From an uncultured Gammaproteobacteria bacterium (lineage in GTDB: Bacteria > Patescibacteriota > Microgenomatia > Levybacterales > GWA1-39-11), in the NCBI GenBank assembly GCA_964511965.1, contig CAZEGF010000023.1:42887-106886 (forward strand): a stretch of DNA of 64,000 bases. The letters are read 5' to 3'. This document shows positions 47,261-57,744 of the stretch, one piece after another; the stretch's first letter is position 1, and each line of letters opens with the position of its first letter. The notes beneath the pieces are model-generated. The model saw only the letters and a list, made by a program, of their open reading frames with translations, did no database searches and had not been told where the DNA came from. The position numbers and the translations under genes are program-made.

Positions 47261-48706
47261 TCAAGTTTTGGAGTAGACAAAGAAATCCCCAATTTGAGAA
47301 TGGAGTAAATAATGAGTTCTGACATATGTGCCAATTGGACTGGTATCTTTGGGTGAAGTAAGTAAAACCACTTTAACATCTTTTGCTATTAAATTGTAAA
47401 TAACAGTTTCCTCATACATTTTTGACGGAATAAATCCGGGAAAATCATAAGCGGTTGGATTTTTTCTTTCTAGTGTGAAATATAAAAGTGGTGAATAGGA
47501 ATTAATAAAAATATAGTCGTCTTTTTTAGTATGTTTATCAATCAGATCTTGAAGGGCATATTGAGCAGATGAAAATTGAGGATTTGTAAAGACTTTTAGT
47601 CTACCTCCGATATACTGGTTATTTTCCGCAAGTATTCTGTCCCAACGGTAGTACCCACGAAATAATGCACTATGAAACCCAACAACTATAAGAAGTATAA
47701 AGAGGGAATAGATTGTAAGCTTGTTAAGAGTAGTTGGAAATTGATTTGCAATTATTATAAGTGGGATACCACAAAGGCTTAATATTGGGATGACGTGCAC
47801 ATAATCAGTTGTTGGTCGTATACCTACGAATAGAAATAGAGCAACAGTGAGTGGAATAAAAAGCAAATAATATCTTTTTCTATATAGTAGCAGTAAAGTG
47901 GCAATAGCGGAAAGATAGAGGGGGGAGAAGTAAAGAAGTGATCTTGACGCAACTTTTATTGGAGTATCATTGTAAAAAAGAGGCGTTGTAATGTCATTGT
48001 TGAGTAGTACCTTTCTTATAGTAAATTCATAAAAATCAGAGATAAAAGCACCAACTGAGTTTGTTAAAAGTAAGTAAATTCCAAACAAAATTACACCCCA
48101 TAATAGACCATAAATTGCATAAAGAATATGATTTTTTTTAAATTCTTTCGATGTGATCAGTGCGAATAGAACAGCAATAAAAATTATTCCAAAATTTTGT
48201 TTGAACAAAAAAACGAGAAATGATAAGAATCCTGCTGCAAACGGGACCCAGGAAATTGTTTTTGTGGCATTTTTTGACAGTATGTAAATAGTAAGCATCG
48301 AGACTGGAATGACAAACATTACTGGCCATGCAAAATTAATATGCGTCGGCCCCCATGCAAGATACATGGAAACACACACATATCCATAGACATCACGCTT
48401 TGTAATTTGTTTTGCAATCAAAAAAATAAGTATGGCGCTAATAAGGCTTACTAAGATCATGAGCAATCTTGATGCAAGTACTGAGTGCCCAAAGATACTA
48501 AAAAAAAGACTTACCAAAAAAACACTTCCAGGGGTATAACTGAAGTGGAAATCTTTGTATATCGTTTCACCACTTAAAATTTTTTGAGCACTATTAAGAA
48601 CGTATCCTTCGTCGTGAACTATTACACCTCTTGTATGGAAAAAAATCAAAAGAAGAAGAACAAAAAGGAAAAAATACAACGGAACTGATAACTTCATCCT
48701 GCCCAT
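47261..48706 (-). CDS. GT-C-fold membrane glycosyltransferase (PMT/ArnT-like)
   Basis: 481 aa, about 12 TM helices, and an acidic DE-type motif in the first loop (GVIVHDEGY). Confidence 0.5.
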   Translation of the reverse strand: MGRMKLSVPLYFFLFVLLLLIFFHTRGVIVHDEGYVLNSAQKILSGETIYKDFHFSYTPGSVFLVSLFFSIFGHSVLASRLLMILVSLISAILIFLIAKQITKRDVYGYVCVSMYLAWGPTHINFAWPVMFVIPVSMLTIYILSKNATKTISWVPFAAGFLSFLVFLFKQNFGIIFIAVLFALITSKEFKKNHILYAIYGLLWGVILFGIYLLLTNSVGAFISDFYEFTIRKVLLNNDITTPLFYNDTPIKVASRSLLYFSPLYLSAIATLLLLYRKRYYLLFIPLTVALFLFVGIRPTTDYVHVIPILSLCGIPLIIIANQFPTTLNKLTIYSLFILLIVVGFHSALFRGYYRWDRILAENNQYIGGRLKVFTNPQFSSAQYALQDLIDKHTKKDDYIFINSYSPLLYFTLERKNPTAYDFPGFIPSKMYEETVIYNLIAKDVKVVLLTSPKDTSPIGTYVRTHYLLHSQIGDFFVYSKT

Positions 48707-48729
48707 GAATTCAACTCATTATAGCAAAT

Positions 48730-49998
48730 ATGAATAGTTTGATATATATGCAAATGATATATAAGTCACGTATAATTAAAACTTACTTAAAATTTATGAT
48801 TAGAAAACAAATTCAAAAACTTTCAGAGAATAGAAATCTTGCAATTATTGCCGTTATTGCAGTAGTTAATGCATTGGGTTACGGAATTATTATTCCAATC
48901 CTTTACTCGTATTCAAGAAAATTTGGATTATCTGACTTTCAGAATGGACTCCTTTTTGCTTTGTTTTCTCTTTGTTCTTTTTTATCAACTCCACTTATTG
49001 GGAGATTATCCGATAAATATGGTAGAAAACCTTTATTGGTAATTTCTATTACAGGTACAGCAATTTCTTTTATTATTGCAGCATTTGCTCCAAGTGCAAT
49101 TTTTCTTTTCCTAGCAAGAGCTTTGGATGGTATAACAGCGGGTAATATTCCTGTTGCTTCTGCGGTTATTTCAGATACAACTCCACCACAGGATCGTGCT
49201 AGAGGATTTGGAATAATTGGTGCCTCATTTGGTTTTGGATTTCTATTCGGTCCGGCAATTTCTGCAGCAACTGTACAGTTCGGACTCAATGCGCCTTTTT
49301 TAATCGCGGCTGCTATTTCCATAATTGCTGTCTTGTTGACAGTATTTTTCTTGCCCGAAACAAACCAACATATTGGACAAGTTCAAAAAGGTAAAATATT
49401 TGATATTCCAAAACTTGTAAATTCTGTGTTTGACCCTAATGTAGGCAGAACTTTATTGATTTCTCTTATCTATAATTTTGCTTTTGCTATGTTTATATTT
49501 GCTTATCAACCATTTTTTGTAAAAGTTCTCCATCTTAATCCTGGACAGATCGCGTTACTTTTTATTCAATTCGGGATTGTAGGACTGATCATGCAGGTTT
49601 TTGTTATCCAAAAGATTGTACGTAAATTTGGTGAGAAGAAAGTTTTTATGGTCGCTCTTCTAATAGGTTCCATATCATATTTTCTTTTGTTTTTTGTAAA
49701 TACATTAGTTTTATTTGTAGCATTAGCTTTTGTTACAAGTGCGGCGAATTCATTTGTTGGTCCCCTGATTCAGACAATTCTTTCAAAAGAAACTGATGAA
49801 AGATCCCAAGGCTCAATTCAAGGATTAAACGCCTCCTATGTCAGTATTGGAAGTATTTTCGGTCCAATAGTTGCAGGTATTCTGGCAACATTCATTCTTC
49901 CTCTGCCTTTCTTTGCAGGATCGATAGTTTTATTCCTTTGTTTTGTATTGTCTTTTGGAATAGTACTAAGCAATCGTCATCTCCAGCACGCCTTTTAA
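48730..49998 (+). CDS. MFS transporter
   Basis: 12 TM helices and the MFS signature G.LSDKYGRKP in loop 2-3. The true start may be the internal ATG at 48796. Confidence 0.75.
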   Translation: MNSLIYMQMIYKSRIIKTYLKFMIRKQIQKLSENRNLAIIAVIAVVNALGYGIIIPILYSYSRKFGLSDFQNGLLFALFSLCSFLSTPLIGRLSDKYGRKPLLVISITGTAISFIIAAFAPSAIFLFLARALDGITAGNIPVASAVISDTTPPQDRARGFGIIGASFGFGFLFGPAISAATVQFGLNAPFLIAAAISIIAVLLTVFFLPETNQHIGQVQKGKIFDIPKLVNSVFDPNVGRTLLISLIYNFAFAMFIFAYQPFFVKVLHLNPGQIALLFIQFGIVGLIMQVFVIQKIVRKFGEKKVFMVALLIGSISYFLLFFVNTLVLFVALAFVTSAANSFVGPLIQTILSKETDERSQGSIQGLNASYVSIGSIFGPIVAGILATFILPLPFFAGSIVLFLCFVLSFGIVLSNRHLQHAF

Positions 49999-50001
49999 GA
50001 A

Positions 50002-51327
50002 TCAAAGCGGGTGAATATACCTGTAGGTTATAAGAATAGTAAGAAATATCAGAAAGTAGAACCAAGAGTTTGACAGGAAAACAAATAGTTTGTTTTTTTT
50101 AAGTATTGATGAAAGTAATAAGGGCACAAAAAATAATAGCAAAATTAGACGGAAAGTAGGTGAACTCAAACCATATTTTGCTTCAATACGATATTGTGTT
50201 GCAAACATTCCGATAAAAAGTGTGGCAACGAATATATACCAGTTTTTATTTTTTATTCCATCGACTAAGAGATTGGAAGTGAAAATTGCAAAGAAAGGAA
50301 AAAGCGGAATCATGTACCATCCCATTTCAGCTTTACTTGTTAGAAAAAACATGCACAAGAATAAATATAGGAATGATGGAATCAAAAGAAATTTGTTTTT
50401 TTCAAAATTTATGAAAGAAGCAAAAAAGCTTACAAACCCCAGTAAATACCACCCATCCAAATATTTTTTATTTACGGATATTGGATTGAAAAATAACATA
50501 TACAACGTATTAGGACCAATTTCTCTTGATGATTGGACAAATACGATTTGCTTAAATAATTCCCAGTTGTAGATGTATCCATAAAGCAAGTAAAGCAAAC
50601 CAAAAACAATAAAAATAAAACTTAAAAGTATAAGTTTTCTATAACTAACTTTTTGCATTAAAAGAAGACAAAATGAGGAAATAAAAACAACTATCCCTAA
50701 CTCCTTTACCCATAAACTCAAACCAGCTATAAGGCCGAGTGAAATGATGAGTTTATATGAAACTCTTTTTTTTACCGATGAAATTAAAAGAATAGAACCT
50801 AACAGTAAGGGTGTGAATAAATTCTCGGCAAAGACTGTTCTTGTTTCTATGACAAATATCGTTGCTGTTGAATAGATTAGAAGAGCCCAGAGAGCCGTTT
50901 TCTTTCCATATAATTTTAATGCGAGCAAATAAACCAGAAGAGATGTCATCATACCTAAAAGGATAGGAACCTGGCGGATTGTTTTTAGTGAAATTGCGTT
51001 AAAAGTTGTTTCTCCATTTATCATTGCCCAACCTCCAACTAAAATTCCGTAGAGAGGCGGGTGATCAAAATATGGAGTTACAATGGGGAAGTAGATGTGA
51101 TTAATCGTTAACTTTGAGGTTTTGGCATATGATGAATATGCAGGAAAATAAGACCATGAAGTAGGTACTCCTTTCTCAAGTAGACTTAATCCCAAGAATG
51201 AATATGTATACTCATCAGAAGAAGCACCTCTTGGTGGTTCATTTGTATAATTATTAATTCGAAGTAAAAGACCAATCAGTAAAATTAAAAGCAATAATAG
51301 ATTAGATTTTATTATTAAATTTTTCAC
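50002..51327 (-). CDS. GT-C-fold membrane glycosyltransferase (GT39-like)
   Basis: 441 aa, a SSDEYTY acidic loop motif, and multiple TM helices. Confidence 0.55.
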   Translation of the reverse strand: MKNLIIKSNLLLLLILLIGLLLRINNYTNEPPRGASSDEYTYSFLGLSLLEKGVPTSWSYFPAYSSYAKTSKLTINHIYFPIVTPYFDHPPLYGILVGGWAMINGETTFNAISLKTIRQVPILLGMMTSLLVYLLALKLYGKKTALWALLIYSTATIFVIETRTVFAENLFTPLLLGSILLISSVKKRVSYKLIISLGLIAGLSLWVKELGIVVFISSFCLLLMQKVSYRKLILLSFIFIVFGLLYLLYGYIYNWELFKQIVFVQSSREIGPNTLYMLFFNPISVNKKYLDGWYLLGFVSFFASFINFEKNKFLLIPSFLYLFLCMFFLTSKAEMGWYMIPLFPFFAIFTSNLLVDGIKNKNWYIFVATLFIGMFATQYRIEAKYGLSSPTFRLILLLFFVPLLLSSILKKNKLFVFLSNSWFYFLIFLTILITYRYIHPL

Positions 51328-51821
51328 TTTATGTAAAGGTATACATCGCTTTTCATTTTTTCAATTTTCCAATTTTCAAATTGAAAATGATTGCTAACAA
51401 TCCTAGTCCCCGGACGCACTTCTTTTCTTAACTTATTTCCCAAATTTTTTGTCATATGCTTAGTACCCCAAATTGTAATATAGTCATATTTTGAAAAATC
51501 TGTTTGCCACATATCTTTAAGTAGTATTTTAGTTTTTTTTGCTTTTCTAATTCTAATACTAAATTTTGAATATAAATAAAGAATAGGGTTTATTTCAACA
51601 CCTGTTGCTATTAGTCCCATTTTTGCAGCTTTTATAACTATTCTCCCATCACCTGACCCAATATCAATAAGAGATTTTCCCTTTTTAACTTTTAAAAGCT
51701 CAAACATTGCATTTATTCGTTTTTCACCTAGTCCGGCATAAGGGGCGCCAAAAATAAGTGAATAAGAAAGTAATAGAATTATGTATAGAAGAACGAGCAA
51801 TATAAATATTTCAAAAATCAT
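51324..51821 (-). CDS. Membrane-anchored class I SAM-dependent methyltransferase
   Basis: N-terminal TM helix, then motif I (LIDIGSGDGRIV) and motif II (VEINP). Confidence 0.6.
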   Translation of the reverse strand: MIFEIFILLVLLYIILLLSYSLIFGAPYAGLGEKRINAMFELLKVKKGKSLIDIGSGDGRIVIKAAKMGLIATGVEINPILYLYSKFSIRIRKAKKTKILLKDMWQTDFSKYDYITIWGTKHMTKNLGNKLRKEVRPGTRIVSNHFQFENWKIEKMKSDVYLYIK

Positions 51822-52147
51822 AATTTACAATCACATTTTTTATTTTTAAGTATTTCAATTTGTTCTTTTGGAGTGTGAACAAACTCAGTTTGAATTTTTT
51901 TACCTTTTGCTAGTCTTACATCAAGATCACTATGATGTTTGTACCCACGATTCATCATTTCCTGAACTAATAAATTGTGTCTTATATATAATGCTTTTAA
52001 TTTTCCGACCCATCTTAATGTTTCGGGATGCTTACTGTACCCCTTTTTGTTTTGCGTAATAATAGTCCAAAGGGCGTGAAGCTCTCGATGTTCACCCAAT
52101 AAGTGTTTCCTACATAGTATTTCCGGTGGAAGATCCCAAATTCTCAT
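51818..52147 (-). CDS. Pyrimidine-dimer DNA glycosylase (T4 endonuclease V/DenV-like)
   Basis: The N-terminus MRIWDLPPEILCRKHLLGEHRELHALW parallels T4 endoV [27 protein letters not shown], including the catalytic N-terminal region and the E..RE motif. Length 109 aa. Confidence 0.55.
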   Translation of the reverse strand: MRIWDLPPEILCRKHLLGEHRELHALWTIITQNKKGYSKHPETLRWVGKLKALYIRHNLLVQEMMNRGYKHHSDLDVRLAKGKKIQTEFVHTPKEQIEILKNKKCDCKL

Positions 52148-52155
52148 ATTTCAAA

Positions 52156-53571
52156 TTACCAAAATGTTACCCAATATTCGTTAATAGTCAGTACTAACAA
52201 TAATTGAAGAATAAGTATAGCTATAAATTGATAGGAAGAAAACTTATTATTAGTAATGAAATTTACCAAAGGTAGTAATAAAAACGGCACATATGGAATC
52301 CATATCCTTGCAACTTCTCCTCTAACGGACCCTGAGAAATTTACAATGAATAGCATTAGTAAAAACGATACAAATAATATATCAATTTTTTTTCTTTGGT
52401 TAACTATCAAATATATAAAAGTGAGTGTTAATGGAATTCCCAAAAATATAAAGAAGTCATATAAATTGTAAAAAACCCACGTTAAATAGTGTCTATTCTC
52501 AGGTAGTCCTTGCATAAGAACCGTAAACATTTTGATAGAGTCAAAACTAAAAAATATCCAAAGTATCATGGGCAAGATTAAATTTCCCAATAGAAAATAT
52601 AATCCAAAATTAAGTATCAATTCCTTTTTGAAATTAAATTTTGAAATTAAATAAGATAAATGTATTAAAACCAAAGGAAGAAGAGAGATACTGAAGTAAA
52701 CACCGACAGAAAAAACAATACCCGACAGAAAGAATAATAATTTATTCTTTGTACCTATACCTTTTAAAAAAACAATAAAAGATAATAAGGGGAAAATTGA
52801 TATGAAAGCATCGTTAATTGGTATAAAAAGTAAAACACTGGGAATAAATGAAAGCGCAACTTGTGTGCGAATTGCAATTTTAGAGTTGTAAAGTTTTTTT
52901 CCAATAAAATAGACTAGAATTCCGGTTAATGAAACAAGAAGTGGAATTAAAATTATGGAGAAAAAAGTTCCTAACATTTCATTTGGCGAAAGATTAACCC
53001 ATATCTGATTTATTAAATGAGTTGATGGGTTTACGTTTTTAACAAATACATTTAAAAAAGGAGTAAATTTAAAAAATTCATTAATCCAGTAAAAAAATAA
53101 GATTGCCAAAGGTGGATGTCCTTGAGCATGCATCGAAAATGACAAAACATTCGCATTATAGTTCTTCAAAAAGTCAGAAATAGAATTAATTTGCAAAGCA
53201 GTTGAAAAATATCCATTAACATCGGGATTTATTATGCGGCTCAGTAACCCATTTATTCCGGCACGATTTGCAAATAATAATGCAAATTGGAAAAAAAAGG
53301 TTAATAAAGCAAATATAAAAACAAAAAAAGACTCATGTTTTGAAAACCACTTTTTTTTGGTTTCAATCTTGTAAAACAACAATAATATTAAACTTCCAAC
53401 AAGAATAGGTAGCCAAATGTGTGGATAGGTATTTACAAAGTTATATTCCCATCGCCAGTCCGGAAAATAGGGGGCTGGTCCGCGTAAGTATGGACTAATG
53501 TCAAACGCTGCAGCTATGACAAATAATATAGTAAAGACAGAGGAAATAATAATAAATAATTTCGGCTTCAT
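52156..53571 (-). CDS. Polytopic membrane protein (GT-C-like), function unknown
   Basis: 471 aa with more than 12 hydrophobic helices. Confidence 0.4.
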   Translation of the reverse strand: MKPKLFIIISSVFTILFVIAAAFDISPYLRGPAPYFPDWRWEYNFVNTYPHIWLPILVGSLILLLFYKIETKKKWFSKHESFFVFIFALLTFFFQFALLFANRAGINGLLSRIINPDVNGYFSTALQINSISDFLKNYNANVLSFSMHAQGHPPLAILFFYWINEFFKFTPFLNVFVKNVNPSTHLINQIWVNLSPNEMLGTFFSIILIPLLVSLTGILVYFIGKKLYNSKIAIRTQVALSFIPSVLLFIPINDAFISIFPLLSFIVFLKGIGTKNKLLFFLSGIVFSVGVYFSISLLPLVLIHLSYLISKFNFKKELILNFGLYFLLGNLILPMILWIFFSFDSIKMFTVLMQGLPENRHYLTWVFYNLYDFFIFLGIPLTLTFIYLIVNQRKKIDILFVSFLLMLFIVNFSGSVRGEVARIWIPYVPFLLLPLVNFITNNKFSSYQFIAILILQLLLVLTINEYWVTFW

Positions 53572-55133
53572 CTCATTTTTTTCTTGTAAATATATACAAG
53601 GGCTTCGTTTTCTGTAGTGACAGTAAATACGAGTGTGTAATTTTTATAAAAATCTGAAGGTATTTTTACGGATCTGGTTACAACAATATAGTCTGAATTG
53701 TTAGGTTTTTCGATAAAGTCCGTTGTTTGATCTTGGCGGAGTCTGGGAAAAACGTATTTTGGTACAACTAATAGACCTACTTTTGATTTTTTTGCACCAT
53801 GAGCTCTTAACCAGAGACCTGCTTCTCTTTGTCCCTCACCCCACCAAGAAAAATCTAGATTATTGTGAATTGCCCCGGATCTTCCAATGAATTGATTGTA
53901 ATAATCCAGATAGTAGGGAAATGCTTTCGATTGCTCGTAAAACATAAATAATAATACCGGTATAAGTAGTAACAATTTATTCTTCCGCAAAAATTTTTTA
54001 AAACCTATGGTCGCAATTATCGCAATTGACGGATAAAGTATGACTACGTATCTTGTCCCTCCCAATTTAATACAAAAAATTGAATACAAAATTATTGTTA
54101 ATCCTACCCACCAAAGCAATAAATAATTTTTATAATTCCTTTCCTTTAAGCAAACAAAAATACCAACAAAAAAAGCTGCAAGAAGTGGAATTGAGGTTGC
54201 AAGTAAGAAGTATTGCCAATAGTAAAATGAAAGTCCTACAAAACGATTTTGGTGATACGATAAACTATCCAGAAGATACTTTGGAAAACTATGCCACTGG
54301 GTAGGCCAAATTGCAATCCCGAGAAAAAAAGCTATAAGAGGAATTAAGAATAGCTTCCAATTAAATATTTTTTTGTTCTTTGTTTCAAGAAAATTAATTC
54401 CTAACCATCCTGCTAAAAATGGAAAAACAATTATATTGTTATATCTTGTCCAAAAGAATAAACCTGACAATATTCCTGTAACAATATATGGTAGTAACTT
54501 ATTTGGTTTTTCCAAAAGTCTTTTAAAAACGATTATTAGTAGGCAAAAAAGAAATACTGATATTGATTCAAATGTAGCAAGTTGCCCCAGAAAAACAAAA
54601 CGCGGTGTAAGAAGTAGAAATAATCCCGGCAGCAAGCTCCACCTTTTACTCATATAAATACCGGCAATCATAACCGTTAGCATTACGGCTAGTGAATTAA
54701 AAATTGCAGAAAGAATACGGGCAAAAGTGTAGTCGTATGGAATAAGGTATGTGTTATAGCCAATTGTTGTGATGATGCTGTTGTCATTTAGAGTCCTATT
54801 ATAATCAGCTTCCGTAATTGCCATCCCGGTAAATGCATTTTTTAAAAGTAAAGCTTGTGAAGACTGAGCATACCCATAAATATATTTAGCAACCATAGGG
54901 TGTTCTGTGGCAACATTCCAGTGTCCTTCTGAAAAATCTCCAACTGAGATCAGGTTCCATGCAAGATGACCATAGTCCAACTTATATTCCTCATCCCAAG
55001 TTCTACCGATTTGGTTGAGACCAATTAAGTGAACAATAAACGCAACAAGAAATATCAAGAAATAAAATAATTTTGGAGCAGTTTCGATAGAAGTAAATAT
55101 TTTATTTAACTTTTTCATTATTATAAGTTTCAT
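53568..55133 (-). CDS. GT-C-fold membrane glycosyltransferase (PMT/ArnT-like)
   Basis: 521 aa, a WDEEY acidic loop motif, and a C-terminal soluble domain. Confidence 0.5.
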   Translation of the reverse strand: MKLIIMKKLNKIFTSIETAPKLFYFLIFLVAFIVHLIGLNQIGRTWDEEYKLDYGHLAWNLISVGDFSEGHWNVATEHPMVAKYIYGYAQSSQALLLKNAFTGMAITEADYNRTLNDNSIITTIGYNTYLIPYDYTFARILSAIFNSLAVMLTVMIAGIYMSKRWSLLPGLFLLLTPRFVFLGQLATFESISVFLFCLLIIVFKRLLEKPNKLLPYIVTGILSGLFFWTRYNNIIVFPFLAGWLGINFLETKNKKIFNWKLFLIPLIAFFLGIAIWPTQWHSFPKYLLDSLSYHQNRFVGLSFYYWQYFLLATSIPLLAAFFVGIFVCLKERNYKNYLLLWWVGLTIILYSIFCIKLGGTRYVVILYPSIAIIATIGFKKFLRKNKLLLLIPVLLFMFYEQSKAFPYYLDYYNQFIGRSGAIHNNLDFSWWGEGQREAGLWLRAHGAKKSKVGLLVVPKYVFPRLRQDQTTDFIEKPNNSDYIVVTRSVKIPSDFYKNYTLVFTVTTENEALVYIYKKKMR

Positions 55134-56814
55134 TTACTTCATTTGAGAATTCAATTATTGTATCTCTTGGAATAGCTTGCTTCCTTATATATATAGTAAG
55201 TGTTGAGTTGTCTTTCGGAACTTTAATTGTTTCAACTTTTTCAAATGAATTAAGAATTTGTGGATTATTTTTTAAGGCTGAATTTACGGCAATAACATAT
55301 TTATATGCACCGGATCCAAAATAATTATCAGCAATAGTTCCTGATTTGGTAACAATAATTTGAGCGTTTGAAAAAAGTTTGTCTGCATAGTCACCGGATG
55401 ATTTAAAACTTGGAACCCCCATGCTTACAAAATTGCTTATGTTAAGAGGAGAAGTCGTGTGATGTTTATTCAAAGAATAAATTGGGTTGTCGATTGGATG
55501 ATATGAAAAAATAAATACTATTTGATCATCTTTTTTCTTATTTAGTTTTTGTAGATGTTCAAAAAGTTTTCTTGCATTGGTCTGCTCAGTTGTTGGTGGC
55601 CAGACTATAGAACTTGTGTGTACCAGTCTGGGATGACCCAAAGGCATTGGGATAAGAACAGAGGATAAGCCTTTTCCCATAGGTCCAATACCCCAAACAC
55701 ACCCAAAGAATGAAAAGACTGACAAAACCAAAACACCTGCAACAAAAAGTCTCTTTAATATTTTATTCATGATCAAGTCATACCCTGATAGAGAAATAAT
55801 TGCCATTATTGGGTAAATTGGCACAATATAACGGTCAGCTTTAATAATAGTTGCAAATGAAAATGCTAAATAAGGGATAAGAAATGCTAGAATTAGACTC
55901 ATTCTTCCTTTCCTTTTCCATATAAGCAAAGTCCCACCAACAATAAACAAAGTAAAATGGAAAATAGATAGTTGTTCAAATATTTTGAAATAGTAAGCTG
56001 CTGACTGAAGAGACACATGATGTTTTTGCTCTTGTGGTACTAATGTCCACAGACTTCCACCAAACATTTGTTTATCAACATATGTTCCAAAAAAACTACT
56101 GATATTTAAAATGTATGGCCAGATCCCAAAAAGGATTACCAAAAGAATTGAAACAGTAATTATTTTTATATGTTTTTTTAAGAATTTCTTTGTGTATATT
56201 TGTTTGGATGTTAATGAAACAATTAAAGGTCCGGCAACAAACAAGAGACTTACCCAGCGTGTGAGAAGTGCTAGCCCAAATGTTACCCCAAAAAGAATAG
56301 TAGGATTTTTTAGCGAAAAGTTTTTAGATTTTAAAAGGTAATATATTGCAACGGTTGTAAAGAAAGTTGTAGCAGTCTCAGAATACGTAAAATGAAGATA
56401 AAATAATGACCATCCATATGTGGCAAATAATATAGATGATAAAAGGCTTGCAGTTTTTCCGAAATAAAATCGTGATACCCCATACACTGCTAACATCGTT
56501 CCAATATAAAAAAATACATTTGCAAAAAGCATGATTTTATATGAATAAGAAAGACCTAAGATAAGTAAGACTGGAAGAACGAGTAAAGGGTATCCGGGTT
56601 GTCTATAGGGAAGATATTGAATTATTTCTACAGGTGAATTAAGAGTAGCGTGCTGAAGGATTTTATAATACCCGGTAACCATATCCATATAATTTTGCTC
56701 ATCCATTTCAGGATATTGTTGAGTTTTAACCGTATATATTGAGTGGCTTACAAAAATAATTATTGATACCAGGATGAGAAGAACAACGTGTATGTTTTTT
56801 GTCATTTTTCCCAT
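55102..56814 (-). CDS. GT-C-fold membrane glycosyltransferase (GT39 PMT-like)
   Basis: 570 aa, an EMDEQNYMD loop-1 motif, about 11 TM helices, and a C-terminal beta-rich domain. Confidence 0.6.
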   Translation of the reverse strand: MGKMTKNIHVVLLILVSIIIFVSHSIYTVKTQQYPEMDEQNYMDMVTGYYKILQHATLNSPVEIIQYLPYRQPGYPLLVLPVLLILGLSYSYKIMLFANVFFYIGTMLAVYGVSRFYFGKTASLLSSILFATYGWSLFYLHFTYSETATTFFTTVAIYYLLKSKNFSLKNPTILFGVTFGLALLTRWVSLLFVAGPLIVSLTSKQIYTKKFLKKHIKIITVSILLVILFGIWPYILNISSFFGTYVDKQMFGGSLWTLVPQEQKHHVSLQSAAYYFKIFEQLSIFHFTLFIVGGTLLIWKRKGRMSLILAFLIPYLAFSFATIIKADRYIVPIYPIMAIISLSGYDLIMNKILKRLFVAGVLVLSVFSFFGCVWGIGPMGKGLSSVLIPMPLGHPRLVHTSSIVWPPTTEQTNARKLFEHLQKLNKKKDDQIVFIFSYHPIDNPIYSLNKHHTTSPLNISNFVSMGVPSFKSSGDYADKLFSNAQIIVTKSGTIADNYFGSGAYKYVIAVNSALKNNPQILNSFEKVETIKVPKDNSTLTIYIRKQAIPRDTIIEFSNEVNETYNNEKVK

Positions 56815-57476
56815 ATAGTTAATTTTCCAATCTCTACAAATCCTGCCCCTTTTGCATATTCTAAATCTTTATCTTTTTCATATCCAACGAGAGGTTTATT
56901 TTTATAATTAATATTGACAATTTCTGGCCATATATTTGAATTATTTTTGTCAAACACATTCGAAACTGAAATCACACCATCTGATTCATAGGTTATGAAT
57001 CCTGAAATTATTCCTGCCCCCTTCATCTTTGCATATATTCTAACTTTAGGTTTTAACAAAAGGTTAGGTAAAAAAATTCTATCTGAGGAGACATTTCCCC
57101 ACGCATCTTCCCAAAGAGCTAAATCTTCTTCTGTTGAAATCTGTGACCATTTTTCATTTTTAATATTTTCTTTATTATTTATATATCCTATCCATGAAGC
57201 AGTAAAGAGTTTTGAAAAACCCTGGGATTGTATGCTCAGAACAGCAAAACTATCTTTGACTGAAAAATGCTCAAAGGGAATTGTAGAGATTTCTTCAGCT
57301 TTCGATTCCGGTTTTAGTGTAATTAAATTAGGATAGTATTTTGGGACCAGGGATTTTGTTAACCAAACATTTGGGAGGAATTGAGTTTCGATTCCGTGAG
57401 TGGAGCAAATGAGGTCACACCAAGAAGCATTGTTTGCGACTGCTTTTTCTAGCAAGTCGTCATTCATTTGCCCCAC
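56802..57476 (-). CDS. Hypothetical soluble protein
   Basis: 224 aa with no recognised motif. First of four co-directional uncharacterised genes. Confidence 0.35.
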   Translation of the reverse strand: MGQMNDDLLEKAVANNASWCDLICSTHGIETQFLPNVWLTKSLVPKYYPNLITLKPESKAEEISTIPFEHFSVKDSFAVLSIQSQGFSKLFTASWIGYINNKENIKNEKWSQISTEEDLALWEDAWGNVSSDRIFLPNLLLKPKVRIYAKMKGAGIISGFITYESDGVISVSNVFDKNNSNIWPEIVNINYKNKPLVGYEKDKDLEYAKGAGFVEIGKLTIWEK

Positions 57477-57712
57477 CTCCAGCGAGGCTTTTCACCAGTT
57501 TTCCAGCAAATGGCAATAAGAATTATGGTTGCAATTAATGTTTCTAAAATTAATCTGAATATGTAAGGTGAAGTAGTATCAAACATTGTGTCTAGAGCAT
57601 AAGCTCTATAAACAACAAATCCCGTGTATATCCCAAGAATTCCCCACCCTTGCCACGTGACAGGATACCATCCCCACCCATACCTTTTTGCTGCAAACCA
57701 CTTCTTAGTCAT
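57464..57712 (-). CDS. Small Trp-rich two-TM membrane protein, hypothetical
   Basis: 82 aa (WGWYPVTWQGWGILGIY). Confidence 0.3.
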   Translation of the reverse strand: MTKKWFAAKRYGWGWYPVTWQGWGILGIYTGFVVYRAYALDTMFDTTSPYIFRLILETLIATIILIAICWKTGEKPRWRWGK

Positions 57713-57744
57713 AATTTTATTCTATCAAAAGTTAATCGGAGAAA

